A stretch of DNA of 63,820 nt, filler included. It is 6 parts of 6 records of this genome, joined end to end, with 100 filler letters (N's around TTAATTAATTAA, not from the genome) between each part and the next. Parts side by side here need not be neighbours in the genome. Positions count along the whole stretch, not along the records: positions 1 to 15,900 come from SRR31156797_4497; 5 more parts are not named here. One strand, given 5' to 3'. This document shows positions 1 through 9,920 of this stretch, in pieces (position 1 is the first letter of the stretch; every line of letters begins with the position of its first letter). A model generated the notes under the pieces. The model did not search any database. It saw only the letters and a program-made list of their open reading frames with translations, and was not told the DNA's origin. Both the position numbers and the translations under genes were made by a program.

Positions 1-36
1 ATCCGCCACGACCTCATACCACTGTACGTTCTATGC
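1..36 (+). repeat. attC-like site 0 (right half only, cut by contig start)
   Basis: ATAC-N8-GTT (16-30); GTTCTATGC (28-36) is the exact reverse complement of GCATAGAAC (1329-1337) at the end of the first gene. Confidence 0.7.
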
Positions 37-59
37 AATTTTAAAAAAACATCATACCT

Positions 60-1334
60 ATGAAATTAAAACCTACATTAATAGTGTTAGCATGCATTAT
101 CGCAATACAGACCTATGGACAATCTGAACTTATAAGTGAATTAAATAAGAATATAACCAAAATAGAAAGCGTTACACCTGACGGTAATTTTAACGACCTC
201 AACTCTTTACAAAGTGTTTTTCAAGACAAAGAAATTATAGGACTTGGAGAAGCAACTCATGGAACACATGAATTCTTCACATATAAACATCGAATGGTAA
301 AATACTTAGTAAAGAATGAAAACTTTAAGGTATTTATTATTGAAGGTGACTTTGCAGGTTCTCAAGCTATGAATGAATACGTGGTTCATGGAAAAGGAAC
401 GCTAATGGATGGCCTTAAGGGTATTGGGTATGGAGTTTGGTTTAGAAAAGAGTTTGTGGACTTTGTTGAATGGATTAAAGAATATAACCAAGATAAACCC
501 ATAGAGGACAAAGTTAAATTTTATGGCTGTGATATTAATAATGAAGTTTCAGTAGCGCAACGCCTAAAATCGTTTTTAGGAGAAAATAATAGATTGAATA
601 ATTCATTAAATGAAGGATTAGAAATAATAATACAGCGTCAACTACGAAAAAAACTTTCGGAGGAAAATTCTACTTATGCAGAAGAAGTTATTTCAGAACT
701 CAGCGATGCTTTTACTAGTATTAAAGAATGCCGTAAAAAAATACTTATGCAACAATGCAAAAGAGAATTGGAACAAATATTTGAAATAATACAGGCAGAT
801 GACAAAACAAGCATTGTACTGCGAGATAAATTTATGGCAGAAAATATAGAATGGGTATATAACCATGAAAACATGCAGAAAACTGTTTTTTGGGCACATA
901 ACGAACATATTAAGAACGATAAAGCCAAATCGTATCAGAAACCAACAGGCTACTATCTAAAAGAAAGATTTGGAGATAATTATTATTCGTTTGGATTTGG
1001 ATTTTACGACGGTGAAGTTGCCGGTTACAACTGGAAAGAAAAGAAATATGATAGTTTTAAAGTTCCAGCAATGTCATCAAAGAAGTTAACAGACGCAGTC
1101 TTTAGCGAATGCATTTACCCCAATTTTATTTTAGATTTAAGAACTACTAATTCGAATGATATAATAAGTAAGTTTTTTAATGCCAATTTATATCAACGCA
1201 CGATAGGTGCAGGTTTTCACCCAGACGGAAAAAAGCAAAATCATTTTCGGATGGGAAAATTGATTGATAAATATGATGGTTTAATATTCTTTAGAGAAAC
1301 AAATCCATCCAGAGTTATAGAAAAAACAGCATAG
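60..1334 (+). CDS. Erythromycin esterase family protein with signal peptide (cassette 1)
   Basis: IIGLGEATHGTHEF, RDKFMAEN, WAHNEH and YDGLIF motifs of the Ere family; hydrophobic N-terminus. Confidence 0.85.
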   Translation: MKLKPTLIVLACIIAIQTYGQSELISELNKNITKIESVTPDGNFNDLNSLQSVFQDKEIIGLGEATHGTHEFFTYKHRMVKYLVKNENFKVFIIEGDFAGSQAMNEYVVHGKGTLMDGLKGIGYGVWFRKEFVDFVEWIKEYNQDKPIEDKVKFYGCDINNEVSVAQRLKSFLGENNRLNNSLNEGLEIIIQRQLRKKLSEENSTYAEEVISELSDAFTSIKECRKKILMQQCKRELEQIFEIIQADDKTSIVLRDKFMAENIEWVYNHENMQKTVFWAHNEHIKNDKAKSYQKPTGYYLKERFGDNYYSFGFGFYDGEVAGYNWKEKKYDSFKVPAMSSKKLTDAVFSECIYPNFILDLRTTNSNDIISKFFNANLYQRTIGAGFHPDGKKQNHFRMGKLIDKYDGLIFFRETNPSRVIEKTA

Positions 1335-1408
1335 AACAAACCGTAATAATGCATAGCTTGCCGCAGGCGCAACACAAGCCACGCATCATACGGCAGGCCG
1401 TTGTAAGC
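1329..1408 (+). repeat. attC-like site 1
   Basis: GCATAGAAC-N5-GT...; imperfect stem ccgtaataatgcatagcttg / caagccacgcatcatacgg; ATAC-N8-GTTGTAAGC; overlaps the stop codon of the upstream gene. Confidence 0.8.
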
Positions 1409-1566
1409 AAGTGTAAGAAACCGACACGACACATTGAAACTTGATTGAAATATTTTCAAAAAACGGATTGACTGGATTGGTGCTCCGTTGATAGGGCGGT
1501 GCAGTTTGAGGGAAATTTATTTTGTTTTTTCTCCCCCCGCACAAAGAAAAAAGAAACCCCGCCCAC

Positions 1567-1631
1567 AAAACAGCACATTTGCAAACCCCACTAGCCAACC
1601 CACAATCCAAAGTTTGCAAAAGAGCTGTTTT
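1567..1631 (+). repeat. GCACATT...AAAGAGC palindromic element, copy A
   Basis: aaaacaGCACATTtgcaaac ... gtttgcaAAAGAGCtgtttt; same motif at 10997, 11395 and 14904. Confidence 0.8.
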
Positions 1632-1647
1632 TTCCAACACTACATAG

Positions 1648-1679
1648 TCAACTGGTTTAGATATAAAATCAACTGGTTT
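1648..1679 (+). promoter_or_regulatory. Direct repeat TCAACTGGTTT x2 at 21-bp period; putative AraC-type operator
   Basis: Copies at 1648 and 1669, upstream of the AraC-domain regulator. Confidence 0.5.
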
Positions 1680-1716
1680 TTCATTAATTTGGGCTTTTTT
1701 ATTTTTATGCACATGT

Positions 1717-4608
1717 ATGATTAGGACTAAACTTCAAATATTACTTATATGCTGTCTTTTTTCAAGCATTTCTTCTAACGCTCAATCGTTAGTAAATACT
1801 GAATACAAAAACACAAAGCAACTACCAGTTGCACAAGTATTTCGAACTTTTCAGGATTCTGAGGGTTTTTTGTGGTATGGAACTCAGGGAGGTGGATTGT
1901 GTAGGGATGATGGTTATTCTGTCAAAATTTTCCGTTCAGATTGTAATACACCTGATTTATTAGAAAGCAATTGGATTACTTGTATTTCAGAAGATTTACA
2001 TCATAAAATCTGGTTTGGCACAAAACGAGGTTTATATGTTTTAGATAAAACAACCTATGAAATTCATCAAATAAAAGACCCTGACATTCAAAACTGGAGT
2101 ATTGATGCTTTATGGGCATCTACAGAAGGTAATATATGGGTATCAACAGCAGATTTAGTCATTAAATATGATTTATTTGAGAAAAAACTAGACACCTACC
2201 ATTCATTGTGGAAAGGTGAATCAAAAAGTGTTTCTCAAATTTATGAAGACCGTGATAAGAATATATGGACTGTTCAATGGAGGGGTGGGATACATAAATA
2301 TAATCCAGCAACAAATGAATTTGTTCCAATTCCATGGGAATTTGAGGAAAGCCCAACGAGTATAATTCAAGATACCGACTTGAAAAAATATTGGATTTCA
2401 ACATGGGGGCAAGGTATAGTAGAGTTTAATCCCAATAATACAGGAGAGCCATGTTTTACGTTACACAATTCCACAAAGGGAAATCGGGATGATTCAAAAA
2501 GATATATTTTAAATTTAACAACAGACACTGTTTTAAATTACATTTGGGCAGCTACTGTAGATAACATTTATGCTTACAGCAAGAGTCAAGACCGCCAATT
2601 AACCAATATCAATATTGACAAGTACTTACCCTCTGGTAAGTTATTAGTGAACCAAATAATAACTGACAAACAAGGGAATTTAAAAATATCAACCGATTAT
2701 CCTCATTCTTTCACTCTATCGTTTAGACAAAAAAACTTTCTAGCAGAAAGCATTAACCAAGATGTAAATACTTTTGGCTTACCAATTGCTCCTGTCGTTT
2801 TTTCTAACAACAAAAATAATTATTGGTTTTGGCAAAAACGCCAAGGACTCTTTCTTTATAATACGAAAATTGGCAAACTAATATCACTATCTGAATTACC
2901 AGGGCTGAATGGTAGAAAGAAATCCATCCTTATAAAAAAGGCAACGGATGATGATGGCATATACACTGTATTAGATGATACAGTTGTCGTAAAACTTCAT
3001 CCATCAGGAGCAGGTAACGTAACATTGGAAAATGTTATCGAAATTCCTTCTTCAGAACGGATTCATAGCCTCAGTCAAGACCAAAAACATAACTTATTGA
3101 TTGGAACTCAAAACACCCTGTTTTATTACAACTTTGCCATCGGAAAATTAACAAAGAGTTCTATAAACGTTGGTGTTATTAATGACATAACAACAAGCAA
3201 TGGATTAGTATTCTTAGCAACAGAACAATCAGGATTGTGCATGATTGATACAACTGGTAGCATTCATGAAATTGTTATGGACAAAAATTTTTCGTCAATT
3301 GCAAATGCTTCTAATCGGTTTATATGGTCTGGAACCGAGCAAGGCGAAGTTTTTATCTATGATATTTTAAATAATAAAACATCACAGATAAAGGAACTTT
3401 TAGGCTTAAACGGTGATGCAATCATTGATTTAGAAGTTGACAGCTCAGGTTTAATATGGATTTTAACCAACCAAAAAGTTATTATTTACAATCCTGAACA
3501 AAAAACAACAAATTCCTATTACAGTTCTGAACCTGATATTTCAATGAATAATTTTTATTCATTAGGCAAAGATGCAAAAGGTCAGATTATTATTGGTGGC
3601 ATGGATGGTTTTCGTCGTTTTGTATCACATAGTAGTTTGAAAAATGAATCAAAAACACAACACGTAAAGCTTACTTCATATTCAATTAATGGAAATCATA
3701 AACTAGTTGGAATTGAAAATAGCATATTAGAATTACAACCGAATGAACGAAATTTAGTACTAAATTTTTCCACATTTGACCATCTTCATACCGGTAAAAT
3801 ACGTTTCGCTTACCGTTTTAAAAATCAACACAGTAATTGGCAATACTTGCCTGATGGCATTAATAGCTTGTCATTAACCGGACTCTCGAAAGGATTGTAT
3901 CAGATAGAGGTCCACGCTACTAATGCAACTGGTCAGTGGAGTAATCAAATATCTTTGTTCTCTTTAAAGGTTTTACCATACTGGTACGAATCAATTATTG
4001 CTTTTATTATTTATTTGCTACTGCTAATTGCATTCATCGTATTATCAATCCATATCTACTTAAACCGTAAAAAGCAAAAGTTAGCTAATGAACAAATCCG
4101 TAATAGTGCTTTAGATTTAAGAGATTGGTTGTATCAATTATCTGGTGAAATGGTTTCGTCTGAATCTTCAGAACCTAATTTAAAGTCTTTGCTTTTAGAT
4201 ATCAAAAAACAGCTTCAGAATCAAAAAACAGAGAATAAGGGTGATGAGCAACAAGGCTTCATTTCTAATATTTCAGCCTCCGATGAAAAATTCATCCAAA
4301 AAGCACTTCATTTTGTTGAGTCGAATATCGATTCTACTAACTACTCGGTAGAACAGTTAAGCAAAGATTTAGGAATGGACAGGACAGGCTTATACCGGAA
4401 ACTTATCAGTATTATGGGTAAATCTCCTACAGACCTTATTAAATCCACTCGATTAAATCGAGCGAAAAAACTATTGAAAGGAGGTTATACAGTATCAGAA
4501 ACAGCCGACTTGGTAGGATTTGGCACTGCCAGCTATTTTAGCAAATGCTTTAAAGATGAATTTGGGGTAAAACCTTCGAGATATACTGACAACCAAAATA
4601 ATACATAA
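1717..4608 (+). CDS. Membrane-anchored sensor/AraC regulator (HTCS-like beta-propeller, Y_Y_Y domain, TM helix, AraC HTH; no kinase or receiver domain apparent)
   Basis: QDSEGFLWYGT/DGY propeller repeats, Y_Y_Y-like segment (IRFAYRF...GLYQIEV), TM helix after LPYWYES, C-terminal YSVEQLS...GFGTASYFSKCFKDEFGVKPS. Confidence 0.85.
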   Translation: MIRTKLQILLICCLFSSISSNAQSLVNTEYKNTKQLPVAQVFRTFQDSEGFLWYGTQGGGLCRDDGYSVKIFRSDCNTPDLLESNWITCISEDLHHKIWFGTKRGLYVLDKTTYEIHQIKDPDIQNWSIDALWASTEGNIWVSTADLVIKYDLFEKKLDTYHSLWKGESKSVSQIYEDRDKNIWTVQWRGGIHKYNPATNEFVPIPWEFEESPTSIIQDTDLKKYWISTWGQGIVEFNPNNTGEPCFTLHNSTKGNRDDSKRYILNLTTDTVLNYIWAATVDNIYAYSKSQDRQLTNINIDKYLPSGKLLVNQIITDKQGNLKISTDYPHSFTLSFRQKNFLAESINQDVNTFGLPIAPVVFSNNKNNYWFWQKRQGLFLYNTKIGKLISLSELPGLNGRKKSILIKKATDDDGIYTVLDDTVVVKLHPSGAGNVTLENVIEIPSSERIHSLSQDQKHNLLIGTQNTLFYYNFAIGKLTKSSINVGVINDITTSNGLVFLATEQSGLCMIDTTGSIHEIVMDKNFSSIANASNRFIWSGTEQGEVFIYDILNNKTSQIKELLGLNGDAIIDLEVDSSGLIWILTNQKVIIYNPEQKTTNSYYSSEPDISMNNFYSLGKDAKGQIIIGGMDGFRRFVSHSSLKNESKTQHVKLTSYSINGNHKLVGIENSILELQPNERNLVLNFSTFDHLHTGKIRFAYRFKNQHSNWQYLPDGINSLSLTGLSKGLYQIEVHATNATGQWSNQISLFSLKVLPYWYESIIAFIIYLLLLIAFIVLSIHIYLNRKKQKLANEQIRNSALDLRDWLYQLSGEMVSSESSEPNLKSLLLDIKKQLQNQKTENKGDEQQGFISNISASDEKFIQKALHFVESNIDSTNYSVEQLSKDLGMDRTGLYRKLISIMGKSPTDLIKSTRLNRAKKLLKGGYTVSETADLVGFGTASYFSKCFKDEFGVKPSRYTDNQNNT

Positions 4609-4627
4609 AGCATATAACAAATCAAAA

Positions 4628-4662
4628 TCAACCATTTTACAGTTTTTTTCAACCATTTTACA
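4628..4662 (+). promoter_or_regulatory. Direct repeat TCAACCATTTTACA x2 at 21-bp period; putative regulator binding site for the GH43 genes
   Basis: Exact 14-mer at 4628 and 4649 in the intergenic region before the GH43 cluster. Confidence 0.6.
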
Positions 4663-4738
4663 CGACTAGTGAGTCTACATTATATTGTTTTGTGTTTTGT
4701 AATCGATATTATTAACAATATAAAACTTGGAAAAAGCA

Positions 4739-5812
4739 ATGCAAAAAAGAGTTTATTTTTTAATGATGACCGCAATAGTTTTATTCTTTCAATGGAGCTG
4801 TTCGCATAAATCATCTAAGAAAGAGCTATCCGAAAATGAGATGAAAGCCTACTTGCTAGTTTACTTTAAGGATAGCGACCATGCTTTACATATGGCACTC
4901 AGTTCTGATGGGTATTCGTTTACCGATATAAATAATGGCAATCCGGTTATATCCGGAGATACTATTTCTATGCAAAAAGGTATTCGTGACCCACATATTA
5001 TGCGAGGTCCCGATAACCTATTTTACATGACAATGACCGACCTGCATATTTATGCCCAACGGGAAGGATTGCGAAATACAGAGTGGGAGCGCCCCAGAAA
5101 CGAGTTTGGTTGGGGTAATAACAGGGGATTTGTTCTAATGAAGTCTGCCGATTTAATTAATTGGTCGCACACCACAGTTGCAATCGATGAAACCTTTGCT
5201 GGTTATGATTCTATCGGCTGTGCCTGGGCACCTCAAACAATTTGGGATGATAAAGAAGGGAAACCTATGTTATATTATAGTATGCGCTTTTATGACGGAA
5301 CAATTCGTTTGTTTTTTAGCTATACAAATATTGAGTTTTCTAAATTGGAGACAGAACCCAAACTTCTTTTCCAATATCCGAAAGACCTAACTTATATAGA
5401 CGGAGATATTACCAAGGCAAACGATAAATTTCATCTATTCTATGTTGCCCATGATGGCACACCGGGCATTAAACAGGCTGTTTCTTCATCCATTAACGAG
5501 GGGTATTCATATGACTCTGTTTGGTATGATTCAGAAGCAGTAAAATGCGAAGCACCTAATATTTGGAAACGTATTGGTGAAGATAAATGGGTACTAATGT
5601 ACGATATCTATGGATTAAAGCCTGCCAATTTTGGATTCAGAGAAACCTCCGATTTTAAAACATTCACCGATTTAGGACGCTTCAACGAAGGTGTTATGAA
5701 AGCAACCAATTTTCAAATACCCAAACATGGCGCCGTAATTCAGCTTACTAAAAAAGAAGCTGAGAAGTTAGCCAAATACTGGCAATTAGAAATGACGTTT
5801 GATAAACTTTAA
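4739..5812 (+). CDS. Glycoside hydrolase family 43 lipoprotein
   Basis: GIRDPHI, CAWAPQ, YIDGDI and CEAPN five-bladed-propeller motifs; lipobox-like QWSC; ATG at 4739 preferred to TTG at 4727. Confidence 0.8.
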   Translation: MQKRVYFLMMTAIVLFFQWSCSHKSSKKELSENEMKAYLLVYFKDSDHALHMALSSDGYSFTDINNGNPVISGDTISMQKGIRDPHIMRGPDNLFYMTMTDLHIYAQREGLRNTEWERPRNEFGWGNNRGFVLMKSADLINWSHTTVAIDETFAGYDSIGCAWAPQTIWDDKEGKPMLYYSMRFYDGTIRLFFSYTNIEFSKLETEPKLLFQYPKDLTYIDGDITKANDKFHLFYVAHDGTPGIKQAVSSSINEGYSYDSVWYDSEAVKCEAPNIWKRIGEDKWVLMYDIYGLKPANFGFRETSDFKTFTDLGRFNEGVMKATNFQIPKHGAVIQLTKKEAEKLAKYWQLEMTFDKL

Positions 5813-5913
5813 AAGATTGGAATTATGAAACGAGCCATGAGCATACCTTTTCTTACAAAGGATAATGACGACTGGCAAGTTCCATCTGACCATTGAAAAT
5901 AAATTATAAACAG

Positions 5914-8337
5914 ATGAAAAACACATTAATCATACTATTATTAGTTTTTAAGACAGGACTTATACTTGCACAAAACTATCCTCAGGTAATCCTTCGTGGC
6001 GATTACCCCGACCCGACTATTATCCGTGATGGAAGCGACTATTATATGACGCACTCAAGTTTTGTTTACAATCCGGGATTCCTGATTTGGCATTCAACGG
6101 ACTTAATTAACTGGGAACCAATAGCCAGAACTATGACAAAAATTAAAGGTTCGGCATATGCTCCCGATTTGGTAAAATACAATGGAAAGTATTACATCTA
6201 TTATCCATCTGCCGGTACAAATTGGGTTATCTGGGCAGATGATATCAGAGGCCCTTGGAGTAATCCCATTGATTTAAAAGTTGAAAGAATTGACCCCGGA
6301 CATGTTGTCGATAAAAAAGGGAACCGATTTTTACATTTAAGCAAAGGTCTTGTTGTACCATTAACAAAAGACGGACTAGCTACCAAAGGTGAAGCAACAA
6401 AAACGTACGATGGATGGGAATACCCAAAAGAATGGGTAACTGAGTGTTTTTGCCTTGAATCACCTAAATTAAATTATAAAGATGGTTATTATTACCTCAC
6501 CAGTGCCCAGGGTGGAACGGCTGGCCCGGCAACCAGTCATATGGTGGTGTCAGCTCGCTCTAAAACACCTGTTGGTCCTTGGGAAAATTCACCTTACAAC
6601 CCAATTGTGCATACATGGTCGCCATCTGAAAAATGGTGGTCAAAAGGTCATGGTACTCTTATTGATGACATAAATGGTGATTGGTGGATTGTTTATCATG
6701 CATACGAAAACGGGGCTTATACCTTAGGACGCCAAACATTGATAGACCCCATTAAATGGACAAGTGACGGATGGTATAAATTGGACGAAAACCGGGAACC
6801 CCTGCCCTCCCAAAATCCTCAAATAGGCATGCAACTTTCTGACTCTTTCTCAACAAATAAACTTGGCATTCAATGGACAACGTGGGGTGGTTATAAAGGC
6901 GATGATATTACATTTTCCAATGGCAGCCTGTTTTTAAAAGGAAAAGGTGATACCCCGGGATATGGTCGTAAACTGCTTATTACTGTACCTGACAAAAATT
7001 ACCAAATAGAAAGTGAAATTACCCTAAACGAGGGTGGTTCAGGAGGCTTAATTTTATTTTATCGTGAAAATGCTTTTGCCAGTATTACCTCTGATGGGGA
7101 GTCTTTTACAATAAACGATAGGGATAAAGAAGTTGATAACATTGATTCTGAATTTGGCGACCATTTTTTTCTAAGAATCATTAATCAGGCAGATTTGTGT
7201 ACTATACAGGCAAGCAAAGATGGTAAAATATGGCTTACGTTAAAGAATTATCTTGATGTTTCAGGTCTGCACCATAATAATTACAGAGGGTTTTATGCCT
7301 TAAGAGCTGGTTTAGTAGCTACACACAATGCAAAAGTAGAATTCAAATATTTTAATTATACTGCTGGTAAATTAGCTCCAAAGCCTGTATTTCGTGACCC
7401 GGTTTACGATGGTGCTGCCGACCCGGTTGTAATTTGGAATCCATTGGTTAGCAAGTGGTGGATGTTTTACACCAATCGTAGAGCTACTGAAACTGAATTG
7501 CCAGGTTATAGTTGGGTATTTAAAACACCTATCGGAATTGCAGAATCTGACGACGGTGCCAATTGGGATTACGTAGGAATTGCGAATTTTCCAAATCTCC
7601 CTCCGGAAGCAGGAGGCGACAGTGCAACTTTATGGGCACCGGATGTTATTTACGGTGAAGATGGTAATTGGCACATGTTTTTAAGTATTCAAGCAGGTAT
7701 TGCTGAACACTGGGGCAAAGTTCCCGGTTATATCGACCACTTAACCAGCTATAACCTTCGGGATTGGCAATATAAAGAACGCTTCAATCTTCCGGTTGGC
7801 AGCTACGATGCCGATGTAATTAAGATGCCTGACGGTAAATGGCGTATGTATTACAAAGACCCATCAAACCATGCTTCAACCTTCTATTATCTTGAAAGCA
7901 CCGATTTAAATAACTGGTCAGCCCCAACAAAAGTAATGTCAACAAAAGGTGAAGGCCCTGCCGTTTTTTATTGGAAAGACTATTATTGGATGATACTTTG
8001 TGATGGAATGGGCTTTAAAACATTTCGTTCTAAAGATGCAAACGAATGGGAATTGCAACCCGGAGGCCCTTTAATGCCGGAAGGTTCAGGAACAGGATCC
8101 GACGATGTGGCAACGGCACGCCATGGTGATGTTGTAATCAGCAATGGCAGAGCCTATTTTTATTATTTCACCCATCCCGGCCAGGTTGGAGAAGACACAA
8201 AGAAAGACGGTTTCGAACAACGTCGTTCTTCAATTCAGGTGGTTGAGCTAAAGTTGAAAGATGGATGGATTGTTGCAAATAGAGATAAACCGACGTTCGT
8301 AGATTTGGAAATGCCTAAAATTAATCGTTTAAAATAA
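5914..8337 (+). CDS. Two-domain GH43 (xylosidase/arabinofuranosidase-like) fused to a second GH43-like propeller
   Basis: YPDPTIIR, YAPDL, IDPGH and LESP in the N-terminal module; beta-sandwich; second module with AADPVV, LWAPDV, YDADV and GEGP; ATG at 5914. Confidence 0.85.
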   Translation: MKNTLIILLLVFKTGLILAQNYPQVILRGDYPDPTIIRDGSDYYMTHSSFVYNPGFLIWHSTDLINWEPIARTMTKIKGSAYAPDLVKYNGKYYIYYPSAGTNWVIWADDIRGPWSNPIDLKVERIDPGHVVDKKGNRFLHLSKGLVVPLTKDGLATKGEATKTYDGWEYPKEWVTECFCLESPKLNYKDGYYYLTSAQGGTAGPATSHMVVSARSKTPVGPWENSPYNPIVHTWSPSEKWWSKGHGTLIDDINGDWWIVYHAYENGAYTLGRQTLIDPIKWTSDGWYKLDENREPLPSQNPQIGMQLSDSFSTNKLGIQWTTWGGYKGDDITFSNGSLFLKGKGDTPGYGRKLLITVPDKNYQIESEITLNEGGSGGLILFYRENAFASITSDGESFTINDRDKEVDNIDSEFGDHFFLRIINQADLCTIQASKDGKIWLTLKNYLDVSGLHHNNYRGFYALRAGLVATHNAKVEFKYFNYTAGKLAPKPVFRDPVYDGAADPVVIWNPLVSKWWMFYTNRRATETELPGYSWVFKTPIGIAESDDGANWDYVGIANFPNLPPEAGGDSATLWAPDVIYGEDGNWHMFLSIQAGIAEHWGKVPGYIDHLTSYNLRDWQYKERFNLPVGSYDADVIKMPDGKWRMYYKDPSNHASTFYYLESTDLNNWSAPTKVMSTKGEGPAVFYWKDYYWMILCDGMGFKTFRSKDANEWELQPGGPLMPEGSGTGSDDVATARHGDVVISNGRAYFYYFTHPGQVGEDTKKDGFEQRRSSIQVVELKLKDGWIVANRDKPTFVDLEMPKINRLK

Positions 8338-8346
8338 AAAATTATT

Positions 8347-9723
8347 ATGAAGGTATTAGACCTTAAAAAAATTACTTTATTTGGACTATTTCTGTTGGCT
8401 TATCTGGGAGTTATAGCTCAAAACCCAATAATACAATCTAAATACACGGCTGATCCGGCACCAATGGTCTATAACGACACCGTATTTCTTTTTGTAGGTT
8501 GTGATGAAAAAGATGCTCCTGCAAACAGATATCTTATGCGAGAGTATCATTTGTATACAACCACAGATATGGTTAACTGGACAGACCATGGCGCACCATT
8601 AAAGACAAGCGATTTTTCATGGTCGCTAGGTGATGCCAGTGCCGGACAATGTATCGAACGAAATGGAAAATTCTACTTTTACATGTCTACCATGAATAAA
8701 AACATTCGGGGAGTTTCTATTGGAGTGGCTGTGGCAGATAGTCCTTATGGACCATATAAAGATGCTCTGGGGAAAGCCCTGATAACAAACGATATGACCA
8801 AAGCTGCCCACCACTCATATGATGATCTTGATCCAACGGTTTTTATCGATGATGATGGACAGGCGTATCTGTATTGGGGAAATGGCGTTTGTTATTGGGT
8901 GAAACTAAATGACGACATGGTTTCAATTAATGGTGATATTACGGCTTATGATAAAAATGACCAAGCCATATTTGGAAAAGGATTTACGGAGGCTCCGTGG
9001 GTATACAAACATAACAAACTGTATTACATGATTTATGCTTCCGGCTTTCCGGAATCTATTCATTATTCAACAAGTAAATACATAACTGGACCGTGGAAAT
9101 ATAAAGGCGTTATTATGCCATTGGAAAAGGGCAGCAACACCAATCATCCGGGAATTATCAACTATAAAGGAAATGCTTATTTCTTCTATCACAACGACGA
9201 CCTGCCCGGCGGACATAGCTATTGCCGCTCGGTATGTGTTGAACAATTTAAATACAACAACGATGGAACGATTCCTGAGCTGACCATGACAAGCGGAACT
9301 CGAAAAGCAGTTGCAACTTTAGATCCATATAAAAGAAATGAAGCAGAAACCATAGCTCGGAGTGCAGGTATTACTGTAGAAGGTGATAAAAAGTATGGAT
9401 GTTTTGTTTCCTCTATTCATGATAGTGATTATATAATGGTTCGGAATGTTGATTTTGGCGTAAGAGGGGGCGAAAAATTTATTGCGACTACTTCAAGTAG
9501 ATATCATGGAGGTACAATAGAGATTAGAACAGATTCTATTGATGGAGCATTGCTTGGCATCTTAAAGACACGCTACACCGGAGAATGGGGAAATTGGGCT
9601 ACACTTTCCGTTGATGTGAAACCTGCTGTCGGAATCCATGATTTATATTTTATATTTCGAGGGGGTAAACCTTATGAACTTTTTTATTTCGACTACTGGA
9701 AGTTTAATGAATCATCAAAATAA
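8347..9723 (+). CDS. GH43 glycosidase with C-terminal CBM6
   Basis: TADPAP, DLDPTVFIDDDGQAYLYWG, FTEAPW and TNHPGI motifs; C-terminal NEAET...VDFG...GIHDLYFIF...FDYWKF. Confidence 0.85.
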   Translation: MKVLDLKKITLFGLFLLAYLGVIAQNPIIQSKYTADPAPMVYNDTVFLFVGCDEKDAPANRYLMREYHLYTTTDMVNWTDHGAPLKTSDFSWSLGDASAGQCIERNGKFYFYMSTMNKNIRGVSIGVAVADSPYGPYKDALGKALITNDMTKAAHHSYDDLDPTVFIDDDGQAYLYWGNGVCYWVKLNDDMVSINGDITAYDKNDQAIFGKGFTEAPWVYKHNKLYYMIYASGFPESIHYSTSKYITGPWKYKGVIMPLEKGSNTNHPGIINYKGNAYFFYHNDDLPGGHSYCRSVCVEQFKYNNDGTIPELTMTSGTRKAVATLDPYKRNEAETIARSAGITVEGDKKYGCFVSSIHDSDYIMVRNVDFGVRGGEKFIATTSSRYHGGTIEIRTDSIDGALLGILKTRYTGEWGNWATLSVDVKPAVGIHDLYFIFRGGKPYELFYFDYWKFNESSK

Positions 9724-9744
9724 CTTCTATAGAATGAATGTTTT

Positions 9745-9905
9745 TATTACTTTACCCTTCCCGGCCAGGTTGGAGAAAATAGAAAAAAGATGGATTTGAC
9801 CAGCGTCGCTCATCCATACAAGTTGTTGAATTAAAATTACAAGACGGATGGATAATAGCAGATAGGGATAAATCAAGTTTTATCCAGATGTCAAAACTTT
9901 GGTAG
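9745..9905 (+). pseudogene. Frameshifted remnant of a paralog of the 3' end of the 5914-8337 gene
   Basis: YYFTLPGQVGENRK-(-1)-DGFDQRRSSIQVVELKLQDGWIIADRDK versus YYFTHPGQVGEDTKKDGFEQRRSSIQVVELKLKDGWIVANRDK (8161-8289). Confidence 0.85.
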
Positions 9906-9920
9906 TAGTCTATAGGAAGG

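Noticed and set aside
1386-1724. ORFs 1386-1712(-) and 1488-1724(+), and likewise 11070-11411(-), 14785-15114(-) and 14912-15142(+)
   Set aside because: They run through the attC-like and hairpin elements; chance ORFs in structured non-coding DNA.
5825-5896. 23-codon ORF between GH43 genes
   Set aside because: Too short and no recognisable motif; could be a remnant but this cannot be supported.
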